This document shows, in pieces, positions 51,359-63,676 of a DNA stretch of 64,000 bases (position 1 is the stretch's first letter; the number at the start of each line of letters is the position of its first letter). The stretch covers positions 2,542,001-2,606,000 of the forward strand of contig OZ316896.1 of assembly GCA_973895155.1 (NCBI GenBank), written 5' to 3'. The stretch comes from Marsupella aquatica. Taxonomy: Eukaryota; Plantae; Marchantiophyta. Under the pieces are notes generated by a model. That model searched no databases. It saw only the letters and a program-made list of their open reading frames with translations, and was not told the DNA's origin. The position numbers were made by a program, and so were the translations under genes.

Positions 51359-54300
51359 ATGTCGATATTTACTGAAGCCAATGCTCTGTTAGATCTCATA
51401 AACAAAACCCATAATTTGGTGCAAACCATTGCCCGCGGATACTACAAGAACTCCAAGGACATAAAGGGTTTCGCTGACCAGGTGAGAGCCCTACGCCTCA
51501 AAGAAGAATATTGGACTACCCTTCTCGATAGATATGGGCCAGCAGCTCGGGATCTCGTGAGGCCTACACTTACAGTAGCAATGGAGACCCTGGAGGAAGA
51601 AGAGGCCTCCATCAGGTCCATCCAAGCCAGCTGCTGGTTGAGATGTACTTACAGAACCCTCAATATTCAAGCTGCAAGCCAAGCAATTCAAAGTGTTTCC
51701 CAAGCTTTTGAGGCAATTCCTCAAACAATAGGGGGGCACGTAGCAGCAGATCAATGGCTGAACCGAATTGCTACAAATGCTGTTGCTCATCTACCTTTCA
51801 CGTCTGACGAAAAGTATGTGCCTTTACTAAAACCCTTGGAAGCAGTTCAACGAGCCTTGGAACATGTTGGGGGACCGCGAGTGATAACATTGCATGGGCA
51901 ACCTGGGTCAGGGAAGACGGTTATGGCCAAATACTTGGCAGTCTACTATGACAATCTCCGACGGCAGCAGCTGGACAACCCAACCAACCTTCGTGCACCA
52001 AGGACAAGCACTTGCTTTTCAGATGGAGTGTTCTTCCTGGCTTGCGGGCCTGGGGCTACAAGCAAGGGACTGCATGAAGAGCTTTGCCAGAATTTGGGAT
52101 TCAGAGCAATTTTTGATGGTGATACTCAAGGGGGATCCACTTTTATGCCTATGTTTGACCAAGAATCGTATTCTGAGTCGATGTTACACAAACAACTCAT
52201 GGAAAGGCTTGTGAGTAGCTCTGGGCTCATTATCCTTGATGATGTGTGGGAGACACAACTTTTGGAGCGACTTCTACTACCTGGGAGCCGGCTTAAGTAT
52301 CTTGTCACGTCTCAATATAGGCGAATATGGGAAGATGCTGTGCAGATAAACCTTGCCAAACCCAGCCTCGAAGAAGCGCGTAAGATACTCGTCAACCATG
52401 TTGACGGATTACGTGTCGGAGAGGAACTACCGCTTAACTTACAGGTGACCAGTTGACTTCATGCTTTGCTGCAAATGAAACTAGGTTGATTCTTGCAGTA
52501 CTTTGCATTTATTAGCAGCAAGTAGTGTTGAGCTAGAATGTTCCACAAACCTCATAAACGATGATTTCATCAGCTGATATAACTGAGTTTGACATAAATT
52601 GTGTATGGTATTCAAATGCAGGATATCGCAGATAATGTGATTCATGCATCAGAATTCAATCCATTAGTGCTAGCAAATCTTGCATTGGCAATCAGCGGTG
52701 ACAGAGCCACAAATCTAGATGAATGGATCACCTTAAACAAGTACCTTCTCGAATTACTAGATGCTGATGATAAACGCCCTGGTGGCTTCGCAAAAACATA
52801 CCCCCAAACCGTGGCCACGACAATGACCATGGCTGTGAATTCTATGGCAGTCGAAACGAAGAATTTGCTCTTTCTTGCGGCAGTCTGTGATGGACCTTCT
52901 GTACCTGAGATAGTGCTCAAGATTTTCTTCAAAGGCTTGGTGGGAAGTTTGGCCAGGTTTCAGAAGTGGTCCAATTACCTTGAAGACCATGACTTCATTC
53001 AGATCCAAACTGACGATGTTGAATGGACAGATGTGCCTCAAAAGACTTGGTCTCTGCACCTCCTTCGGCAACATTTCGTACGAGAGAAGAAGAAAGATGA
53101 AGTTAGGTCGATGGTATCTGCGTTATTCGACGCCAAGCACAAGGACTTGGATATTGTTTCAGCCCTTTACATTTTGTATGGTGCAAAGTCATACACTAGA
53201 GAAAATGCAGCGACAGTATCAGGTCTACTAAGCATCTCAAGGGATAGAACGAATGAAAACTTTGCTCGGAGCTCAATTGAACCCTTTGTGTGGCTGTTGC
53301 ATGCTGACAGTAATGAAGACTGGCAACAGAATGCTCATGAGATGGCGAAGAAAGTAAGTTGAAATTCTGCACAACACCATCCTTGAACACGTCTGGATTT
53401 TTCCAAGCTAGTTAACGCATCCTGGTGGTCCTTTGTTGCGGTAGACCAAGCCCAGATTGGTGCCGAGTCGGATGTGTAAATTTGTCGTTGGACAAGGTCT
53501 TGGCTTGCAAGGCCAATGATGACATAATCACCAATTGTGTCATCATGGTTGGTAGAAGGTCACTTGAAGAATTTCGTGGTGTTGTTAACAATTAGAAAGG
53601 TCAAGCTGCTCGGTTCTGGATTATGACATCCTGTTACATTTTGTGTGTCTAATGGCAGATTATCGTAAATTATGTTTGCTGGGGGCATTTGGAAGACACT
53701 AGCCTTTCAAATCTGCTCCAGATCCCGGAGGCTCAATCTGCTACATGCTGGGCTTTGCATACTATAGCAACATTGGAAAGGCGGGCCATGCTCACTGAGA
53801 AACATGAGGTAACTTTGAAAAGCTTGCTCGCATTGATGGATCACGACGCACCCCGAAAGGCACAAAGTTGGGGAGCTGTGGCTCTTGGGGCCCTTGCGGT
53901 CAAAAGTCACGAGATAATCTTAGCTCAACCATTAGCTTTGAAAAACCTGTTAGGACTACTCTCGGGCGGAAACCTGGTAGGCTCTGATCATACGGACGTG
54001 CGACGCCATGCAACATGGACCCTTGGAAACTTGGCAGCCACCTCCACTTCCAAGGATATCATTGCTAGTCATGTTGGCATGCTAGAGGCTCTGTTCAAGG
54101 TGCTCAACACAGATGACGACCTCAATGTTCAACTAGAAGCAGCTTATGTTTTAAGACGACTTGCGTACGGTGAGGAAACCACGTCCGGGACCACGACCGA
54201 GGATCAATCACGGCAAATGAAAGCGATTGGAATTCCAGGTATGCTGCAGAAGCTTGTGGACCTGCTGAGAAGTGAAACGGATTCAGACGTGCAGACGGAG

Positions 54301-55230
54301 GTAGTCTGGTTGTTGGGGAATCTCGCAGCATCGCGCGAAGAGAAATTGATAATTGGAGCCTATCCCGGAGTTCTGGATGGACTTGTGACTATGCTCAATA
54401 TCCAGAATGCTAGGTTCGACGCCCAGAGGTATCATGCAGCTTATGCCCTAAGGAGACTAACATTAAAGGAACCAAACCCGAAACTTGGCTTGATTCCTTG
54501 TGCCGTCGAGTATCTCGTGGAGTTGTTGTTTGTCTTTGGATCAGATGTGCAGAAGGAGGCTGCTCACTGCCTTTCATTTCTAGCTTACCCAAAAGAACAT
54601 AGAATAGAATTCGCAGCGATCCCTGGTGTATTGCAGGGTCTGGTGGGCTTGCTAAAGGAGGGCGTGAAGCCCACTACTCAGCTCATTGCCACGGGGACGT
54701 TGGCTAACCTCGTGGAAATTGATGAGAACAACCTTCTCATTGCATCAGAACCAGGTGCTATTAAAGGTCTTGTAAGAACGCTGACAAATACAGGAGCTCC
54801 GCCTGAAGTCCAGTCTCAATTGAGTGAAGCTGCACTCCAATGCTTAGGGCTCCTTTCTTTTGATAATTATGAAAACCAGCTGAAAATTGCCTCATCCCCA
54901 AATGCCTTAGAGACACTCCTGGGCTTGCTCGGGTGGAGCAACAGTCGGGTACAGCTCCTAGCAGTGTGGACAGTAAGCAATCTTGCTGAAGCGGAGGAAA
55001 ACAGGAGTAGGATAAGAGCTTTTCCAAGCGCTGAAATGTACCTCACAGAACTCTTGAACGGTGAATCTGAGGTAAGGGGGTACGCAGAGAAAGCGGTATC
55101 TCTTTTGAATTCTATAGCTCCTCCCAAAAGGATAACGGGTCTTTCGACGGAACGGTACCCTGCAACGGACGATGAAGCTATTGAAGATCGGAGCCAAGTA
55201 AAGCCCAGGGGCTCTATCGGAGCAGTATAG
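51359..55230 (+). CDS. Non-canonical NLR-like STAND protein: helical N-terminal domain + NB-ARC + ~10-11 Armadillo repeats (~1129 aa)
   Basis: Exons 51359-52444, 52622-53353 and 53659-55230 (GT-AG, phase 0, no internal stops). P-loop ITLHGQPGSGKT, Walker B LIILDDVW, RNBS-B KYLVTSQ, GLPL position FNPLVL, MHD position WSLHLL. The C-terminus has ARM helices (ATWTLGNLAA, AAYVLRRLAY, ATGTLANLVE, AVWTVSNLAE) and no LRR consensus. Confidence 0.88.
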
Positions 55231-56680
55231 CAGCGGTGGAGGTCGGTATGCTGAAGTCGTAACACCAACTGGAGCCAATCGGAACCCATTTGCTCTCATT
55301 GTTCCCCACAGATGCTATCCACTGGGTTGCTTGGTGCCCTGGCATTCATTTCATGATTTTTCAGGAATCCTCTAGCTTTTCAGGTCTCGACCAGTCGAGG
55401 GCGTTGTGCTCTCACATGTAACGCTGGCGTTTGTATATACTATTTGAAATCCAAATTTAAAGAGAGACAGACATGGATAAAGTATGCCATTGCCAGCCGA
55501 GCCATCCTCAACTTTATTCTGGAATATAGGCTTTCCTATGTGTGGAATCCCAGCGATTGGAGATGAAGTTTTGATGTTTCCAGACAGGTCGTGGTACAGA
55601 CGGCGATCGAATTGGGCCAGGCGAGAAGCGGCGTGCCTCTGTAGTTGAAAGGTAAGACATTCACCAAAGCAATTGCATGCTCATGCGCATTTTCCGTCAG
55701 TTCACTCATTTAATGCTCATTTGTTCGTCCGATATTCAGTTATTCATGCGCAGTTCACTGATTGCTGCTAAATTGTTTCATTTGCTGTTCACTAAAGGTA
55801 ATAATTTATCTGTTCGCTGTGCACTGAATTTTCAATTCATTTCTTCATTCGTTCGTTCTCTGTTCATGGAGGTCCAGTAAAATTTGGAAGTTGCATATCC
55901 GAAACGTCAGTGCGAACTCGGAATTCGGCGAAAACTGCAACCCCGGCATGCTGATTGGAAGATCCTGAGACGCAACAACAGGATATAGTTTTACCCCGCC
56001 ATATCTTCGTTGCTCCCTCTCTGTACAAGCTAACTCTAAGGTACTAAAACCGCGGCTTGCCTCACCAATCACTTTGTAAAGTACATGTACGCCAAGATAT
56101 ACAAAGAGGACGAACATCAAAGCAGTTCTCGATGGATGTATAGTAGAACGAGGTCGAGAGCCAAATCACGAGCAACATCCCCTGTCAAGTGCGAAAGTCC
56201 AGTTCTACTTGGCGCTGACAGAATAGAGCATGCCACCATTACAGGCCCGCAATGTAGTATAAAGTCCTCGCTTACAGAACTCTCATCACGTTGTAAAAAG
56301 TTCACCAAGAACATCGCAGAACCAATTCCCATTTGGGCAGTCCGTAATTTACTTGCCATTTGCGCTGTCGGAAAACGAAATGAGCCTACATTATGCGACA
56401 ACTTCGCGACATCCGTCGAGAATCCGACAATTTCATCTAGGCATCGCGACATATCCGCAAAATCGAACATACGGTACACCTCAGTTTTACCACAGTGCCG
56501 CGTTCAGTGAGAATCGCCGTTCTTGGCCTCCCTTTGCAAGCAATTGGTAGCAGACAGTCTGTGGCACAGAGCGATCCAACATGCTTTCCACGAAAAGAGT
56601 GGGCAACCCTTCTCTTTATACTGTTCACTGTCTCTCCTGACTCTAAAAATTGCGGAAAAGTCACAAAGATGCAGCCACTG

Positions 56681-57377
56681 CTATCGTGATGTTAACCGCC
56701 ACTTTAGCCCAGCCGCGTTTTCTGCCTCCTCTTCGGGAGTGTAGTCAGGTACTATCCCAAAAGTACTCCTGATCTCTTCAACGCTCCTGCCACTGATGAG
56801 GCCGGCAATTCTCTCAGACATCAATTCGAGCAGAGGCTTCAAATCCATGTACTGTAGAATGCTGCCTGCAAGGAGGAAGAAAAACTTTTAATAAGACATG
56901 TGACGGGCGTGAGAGGGAGATAATTTTTCAAGACAGAAGAGGATATCCAATTCAGCAGTTCACCAATGATGAAACATGGACAAACTGGGAGGTCACAGCC
57001 AAAGCCAAATCCTGGGGATCATGTCATGTACTGAATTTGACCTTGCTAGCTGCGAATGCCTGAATGGACAAATGAGCTACCACGAGGATGTGAAACTTAC
57101 CTCGATGAGACCCAAAAGGGTGGGATGATCAACCTCGACAAAGCAGCTTCCCAATGCTTCCTTTCATCCTCGGAAGCAGAGTTAGAATGCTGATGATACG
57201 TGCAATACTCGATCACCTTGATCAGTTTCGCGCTGGGAACAGACCGCAAGAAAACGATGTAATCGCCAGTGACCTCCACTGTGTCCATCACTAGTTCTGA
57301 TTCTTCCATCACCCCAGGTCTACTTCAAATTGAACACCTTCAGATGACCAAAGCTGCACCTTTCTTTCGCTTGACAT
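56681..57377 (-). pseudogene. SKP1/ASK-like pseudogene (2 exons, three frame disruptions)
   Basis: Exon 57101-57377 reads MSSERKVQLWSSEGVQFEVD...KLIKVIEYCTYH...KHWEAA(F)VEVDHPTLLGLIE. Exon 56681-56865 reads AAFY[AGTAC]MDLKPLLELMSERIAGLISGRSVEEIRSTFGIVPDYTPEEE. It carries two 1-bp homopolymer deletions and a 5-bp insertion. Confidence 0.85.
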
Positions 57378-58229
57378 CTTGATTCGCCTTGTGTGTGAGA
57401 TTTCTCTCCAACAGATTTACTCCTCCAGCCAGGATCTGTTTCATGCTATTCAGCATAATTCCCAACGATCCACTTTCCCTGTTGAAAGAATTCCTGCGAA
57501 TGGTGCAGTGTTTGGCAAAAATTAATTAACAGTTTTTAGCATGAGGAATGTCGATCTTTACTTCTTGAGAGTCAGATGAGCATGCAACTTTGTGTTCTAC
57601 ATGGCAAGATATAAGATTACAATACATCTATCAACTACCTCTACCTGGTTAAACCACAGGTAGTTAAACCACACCTGCCACTATAAAAGCCCCATTCCAT
57701 GTCTCACTACTCACCATAAAAGGTGGAACACTCAGCATCATTTTTGGAGCACTTGCCAGATAAAGTATTTACACTCACCACCTTTTGCGGAGCTCAAAGC
57801 CCATTCCTGAACCTGTGCACTTTACAATGAGAGCTTCGGACAACCCTTTATAGGGACAGTTGTGATTTAAAAGACTGAGAAAATATAAAACATCACATTT
57901 TGAGTGCAGCACTGGGGACGGAGAGAGGACACCTGATGAAGAAGCGAGAAAACCACGGACTTAAAGTAGCTTGATATTCTGAAGGTGCTGATTCTACGAC
58001 AGAAACCTCTCAACAAACGTGAATGTTCCCAACCTTTAATTATAAGGCTAAAATGAAAAGCTTTTGTAGTCTTCAGTCACCTACAGTAGGTGTGTTTCTC
58101 AAAAATGATCTCAACGTCATTCAATGTTGTGTAGCCAGGCTTGTATTAATCAATGGTCATAAGTGAACGGAAAACTAGTAGTTTTAAGGAGGGTTGGCTT
58201 CAATTTAATTGAAAAAAAATAGGAGATTA

Positions 58230-58815
58230 TTCATGTAAGAGTCCATGCAAAAGGTTCTCTTGATCTTCCTAAGTCCATGGAGTCCATGTAACTCTATGCA
58301 AAATGTTCTCTCGGTGTCCCTAAGTCCAGTGAGTCCACATAACATTCCATATAGTCCATGAAAAATGTTTTCTTGGTACTCCTCTGCCCATGCAATCTGG
58401 GTAACATTTCATACAGTCCATGAGTGTTGTTTATGTTCCCTTGCTAATGCTTTATCTGTCCATAGTAGCTTAAGGGTTTCTTGCTTTTCTTTGGAATTCA
58501 TCTGGCCATAGTAGCCAACAATTTCTTATGTTCCCTTGGTATTCCTCAGTCTATGGTAACCAAAGGGTTTGTTATGTTCCCTTGGTATTCTTCTGTCCAT
58601 ACTAGCTCAAGAGTTTCATACTAGCTTTCCATTGGAATTAAAACAAAAAACAAAAACCTTTTTATTGGAATATATCTGTCCATAGTAGCCAACCATAGTA
58701 GCCAAAGTGTTTCTTACATTCCCTTGACTGTAGTCCTCAGTCCATGGCAGCCAAAAGGTCTCATATGTTTTGTTGGTAACTATTCCTTTGTCCATAGTAG
58801 TTAAAGGGTCTCTTT
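58230..58815. repeat. Degenerate ~45 bp tandem array
   Basis: Recurrent gtccatagtagccaaagggtttcttatgttcccttggtattc-like units. Confidence 0.75.
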
Positions 58816-59182
58816 CTACCCATGACTATTTCAAAGATTTGTCAATTAAATATAAACTCAAAACATTTTGTTGGAAAACATTGATATGTCAATCACATCA
58901 TAATTTGGTTTACGTACGAATAGGTCTCACTACTTTATATAGGGTTTTAAGCATCGTTCTAGTATATTATCATCAACATTAGGGGCAAACACCCCTGTCG
59001 TAAACCACAACTTGCCCTAAGTATATAAGGGGAAGTGTCCAAGATCTCCCCCCTTTTCCACATTTCAATCACTCTTCTCCTCTAGCATGCCAGTTTGCTC
59101 CACAATTTCAGGAAAAATCTCTTTTTAATGGTAACTATGGGTAACCCATAGCTTTTGAAGGGCAGTTGTAGTTTAAGTAACA

Positions 59183-59525
59183 TGCTAGGTATTTACTCAA
59201 GGTCTAGGGTTACGACATGTAACCATAGTTAGACTAACAATAGTCGGAGACGTGATTAGGTTAACTAGGATGCACACTATATGCCAAGCGGTGTTTGCTT
59301 AGATAAGTGGAACTTAGGCTCATTGTTATGGAGTCACTTGAGAGATGAGGGGAGCTTACACTGTGGAGACTTGGTATGGCCGACGGGCTTAGAGTTCAGT
59401 AAAGCTCTCTTGTGTGTTCCCGTGGACGTAGCCTCGAGGAGGTGAACCATGTATGTCTTGTGTCGACTACTTGTGCGTTGGATGTGTCATGTGCTTACCG
59501 TTGCCATTATCGTCTATGCTTAACA
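59183..59525. mobile_element. Solo LTR (~343 bp), TG...CA, perfect 5-bp TSD TAACA
   Basis: TAACA at 59178-59182 and 59526-59530. It is a close reverse-complement copy of 11248-11591. Confidence 0.88.
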
Positions 59526-59894
59526 TAACACTACTTGCAATGAACATTGTAATGTAACTTCTAATATCCAAGATGAAGTTTTTATACATAAGGAAGACTG
59601 AACCACCATTGTTGACCAAAAGGTGGGCCAAAAGGGAGACTAGACCTCCTAACAAGAGATATAGTTGGTGGAGCTAGAATGCAAATTTCACTTGGTGAGG
59701 TTCATTGCCAAAACACTACTGGAGCTTCTCTAGGTTTCCATTTGTTTGCAAGCCAATTGCAAGGCTTGCTCATGGGTTGCTTCCCCTCTAAGAGCATGCC
59801 CACCAGGACCCTCCATCTGGGCTTGGCCGGCTATCATCTTACATAGTGTAACCAATCTTCCTTTTACATGATGTGAGGAGTCTCAAGTGAATCC

Positions 59895-60200
59895 AAGGCA
59901 TTGTAAAGCATATGCCTACATGATACAAGCATTCTAAAGCGACCTTTTGCAGATTGTAAGCAATCTTACGTTACATGATACAAGCATTTCTAAAGAGTCA
60001 TTTTACACAGTGTAAGAAATCTCGTTTTACGTGATCTGGCCCTTGCAAACCGAAGCAATCTTACGTTACATGATACAAGCATTCGAAAGAGTCCTTTTAC
60101 ACAGTGTAAGAAATCTCGGTTTTACGTGATCTGAGCATTGTAAACCGCGGTCTTACACATGTAAGCAATTTAAGCCCTGCCTTACGTCATGTAAGCATTC
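59895..60200. repeat. Degenerate tandem repeats (~96 bp duplication, tgtaag/ttaca motifs)
   Basis: aagcaatcttacgttacatgatacaagcatt...ttttacacagtgtaagaaatctcg occurs twice. Confidence 0.75.
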
Positions 60201-60719
60201 CCAAGTGTCAGGGCACTGACGTAATTAATGTGTCCAGAGAGTCGTCATTCTCTCGTGAACTGTTCTCTTCCGTGTCAATAATAAATGGAGTAGAAGCCTT
60301 TGCAGAGCATGCGGGAAGAGAAGCAGGCGAGTGGCGGGCAGTGGCGGGCAAAGACTACTAGTGTTAATATTATTGTGTAGAATGATGTGCCTCGATTCTT
60401 CAGGTGGGCTTTGATTGTTTGGGAATACTTTTGAGTTTGATCGATGCTGTTCGTCCACCTGTGGTCACACGTCAGACACAGTTAATTCGCAGAATCCATT
60501 TTCTCACTCGACGATCGATGAAACAACTCTGGTTTCTGTGCTGGCGAGTTGGAGATCTGGGGAACGCCTTGACACTGGGCCTGTATTCGAAGACACAGTT
60601 GTCCATACTTCTTCTTCCTCTTCGCCCTTCCTCTCTTCATTCTTCAAAAAGTTCTTTGGAGCCGATGTTCTTTGCAGCTGGGTGATACGTACGAGCTGGA
60701 ATTGGGTTGGCAGGCAGCT

Positions 60720-63676
60720 ATGAGGAAGGCGGGTAGCATTGTGGCTCTAATAAAGAGGATTGGAAGGGATGGATCTCAAGGAAGCGTAGCGGATCCTCTC
60801 TCTGCTTCTCAACGTCTGCATTTTCGTTATTCTACCGCAACCCAACAACACATCTCTTCTCAACCTACTTTCTTTCACTCTACAGGTCTTAATTCGAACC
60901 TCGCCCTTCTTGACAGAACAGAGCTATTTCTGAAGCTTTTAATCGAACTTGTCTTGCTTCAGGTTACTGAATTGAAGTAACTCCAGATTCCAAGGGAACC
61001 CCAAATGGGTGCAAGTGACAGAGAGCGCATGCAGGCAAGAGAGTTTGCCATAGCAAGGGACAGAACAGCATGATGACCAAAAACACTTAGCAGTGCTGCA
61101 TCAGGAGTCTAGAGACTACTATGAAAGTACAAAATTTGCTTTCCCATTTTAGAAAATTGAGACAACTTGAAAGGTTGGCGATTGAATTGAATTGAATTGA
61201 ATTGAATTGAATTGGGATAGGGTGCTGCATGGGATAGAAAGTGAAGCATGCAGGAGAGCTTGCCAAAGCAAAAGAAAGAAAAATCATGAATGAAAACCAA
61301 ACAGAACATTGCCTAGAGACTATATCGGAGGACTTTGTTGCGATTCCAATTACAAATGTTGCACCAATTCTGAAGGATTTGACCTGGAAAGGTTTCCCAG
61401 CTCTAAGCCACATTTAATTTCTTATCGATTAAGTGACCTAGTCGTTCTTTGGTGTAGTCGACAGGTCATGGCTTCCAACCGTTTGCACTAATCGGTCCAT
61501 TCACAGTTCGGAGTTGGCGAGACAAAATGCTGGCGAGGCTGAGAAGTGCAATCCTTCAGAGTTGGCCGATCAGATTGAAAACAATCTACCACCGACAACC
61601 GGAGGACAAAAGCCACGCATCGTTGTGCTGGGAACTGGATGGGCCGGTTGCAGACTAATGAAAGATTTGAATCCAAAACTGTATGACATTGTTTGTATAT
61701 CTCCTAGGAATCATATGGTATTTACCCCCCTACTTGCTTCCACCTGCGTTGGCACCCTGGAGTTTCGATCAGTGGCGGAGGCTGTGCGCGACATTCAACC
61801 TGCCATAGCCAGAGAACCGACATCCTACTTCTATCTTGCGCGATGCACAAGTATAGACACCGAGAAACACCAGGCATGCGACTGACCTCTCACCCTCTCC
61901 CTTGTAGAGCATCCGCGAAGTTTTGCAGACAAGTAAACAGTTTTGATGAAATTAAGGAGTGAATGGTTTTTACGACTTAGCTACTTGTTGCAGCATTTGA
62001 CCTCCCATCCCTTGAGTACTTTAACTCTTTTGTGCATGAGATTATTACTTCTGCAAGGGGGAGGGACACAAGTTGCATTATCTCTGACCCACTAGCAGGA
62101 AATGGGACGTGCACGACCCCTTTCAAATGTGGTAGCTCACGCGTTCCCGTGTGAACTAACTTACTACCTCTTCAGATGCTTACAGATTTACTGCAAAGCT
62201 GTAGGGAAGGAGGAGACAGCAGATATGGCAGGTTCAGGGGAGTTTTCAGTAGCTTACGACAAGCTAGTGATTGCTCTTGGCGCTCAGTCTCTTACTTTCA
62301 ACACACCCGGTGTCTATGAGCATGCCATCTTTCTTCGTGAAGTTCGAGATGCTCAGGCGATTCGCTCTAAGCTGCTTCTTAATCTGGCAGTATCGGACGT
62401 TCCTGGTCTGTCCCAATTCTCATGATTGCAGACTAAACGAAACTCGTCAGAATGTATCATTTGAAATAGTTCGACTGCGTTTGCGATGTTGCTCTTCATC
62501 GTTCTTAGTCCTTTAAATGGTTTCACTTGTACTGCACGGCATTTTCTCGCCTGTTACAATGAGCCAGCTTCTTTCAGTGGCACCACCTTTTAAACGTTTT
62601 AGCTCTCAAGATTTGCAACAACTAGTCACCAAAGTCTTCATATGGTAGACAAGTGACTCCGGAAGTCAATCCTCTGCTCAAATGGGGTTTTCAATAACGT
62701 TGAAATGGAGTACAGGAATGAGCCAGAGCTGGGAATGCCAAGCGCGAATCGCACTAATTGGCGATATATGTGGCCAAGGTTTGCAGGAGTTACAGACGAG
62801 GAAAAGAGTAAAATATTAAGCTGTGTCGTTGTTGGAGGAGGACCGACTGGGGTTGAATTCAGTGGGGAACTTAGTGATTTTATCCACCATGATGTCATTC
62901 GAAAATTCTCTCATGTGAAAGGCTTCGTAAAAGTTACCTTGATTGAGGTCTGGTGCCACGCCCCTTCCTTCATCAGTGTGTTTGGCGTCTGTTTCCTTTC
63001 CAACAACAGAAACGCAGCCAAACCCGGACGAATATAGACTTGAAGGGTCATTGGACTTTGAATCAACACTCTCGGAAGCGTCAGGACAGTAGAATATAGT
63101 CGAGGAAAAGTCGATTTTATCCGTTTGGCCGCTCTAACTGACAGTAAATGCTATTGGAGAACCGCAAGTACTTAGCGTTCATGAAAAAGCTTTTCAAATC
63201 TGATGAGCTTCACGGAACCACGCAGGCCAAGGAAATCTTGTCTTCATTTGATGTGAGCCTTCGCCAGTATGCTACAAAGCAATTAGAAAAGGTAACTCTG
63301 GGAGTACCATACCATTGTTGTGAATTAGTGAAACAGGAGAGGTGATGAGAGAAGCTGCTACTCAACTGTTGCAACTAGAAACTGCTTAGAGAGAAGCATT
63401 ACGAAGCGCTTGTGTGATTATTCGGTGCGATTTACTGGCATCTTCTTGCATGTATGGAACGAAAGCTAACCTATCATGTTGTTGCCTTCTATGCTTCACT
63501 GCTACATTACAGTCAGGAGTTAAACTAGTGACAGGATTGGTGAAGGAGGTGCACCCTGGAAAGCTGCTTCTTAGTGATGGCAGTTGGGTCCCGTATGGTC
63601 TTCTTGTCTGGTCTACGGGTGTTGGGCCCTCCGATTTTGTGAAGTCCTTACCCTTCCAAAAGTCACCCGGTGGCAG
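60720..63676 (+). CDS. NDA: Mitochondrial internal alternative NAD(P)H:ubiquinone oxidoreductase (type II NDH, NDA-like), 3' end outside window
   Basis: Exons 60720-60885, 61458-61873, 62186-62405, 62787-62947, 63226-63291 and 63513-63676. Motifs: [82 protein letters not shown]. The N-terminus is basic and transit-peptide-like. Confidence 0.93.
61181..61214. repeat. (AATTG)n microsatellite in NDA intron 1
   Basis: attgaattgaattgaattgaattgaattgaattg. Confidence 0.9.
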
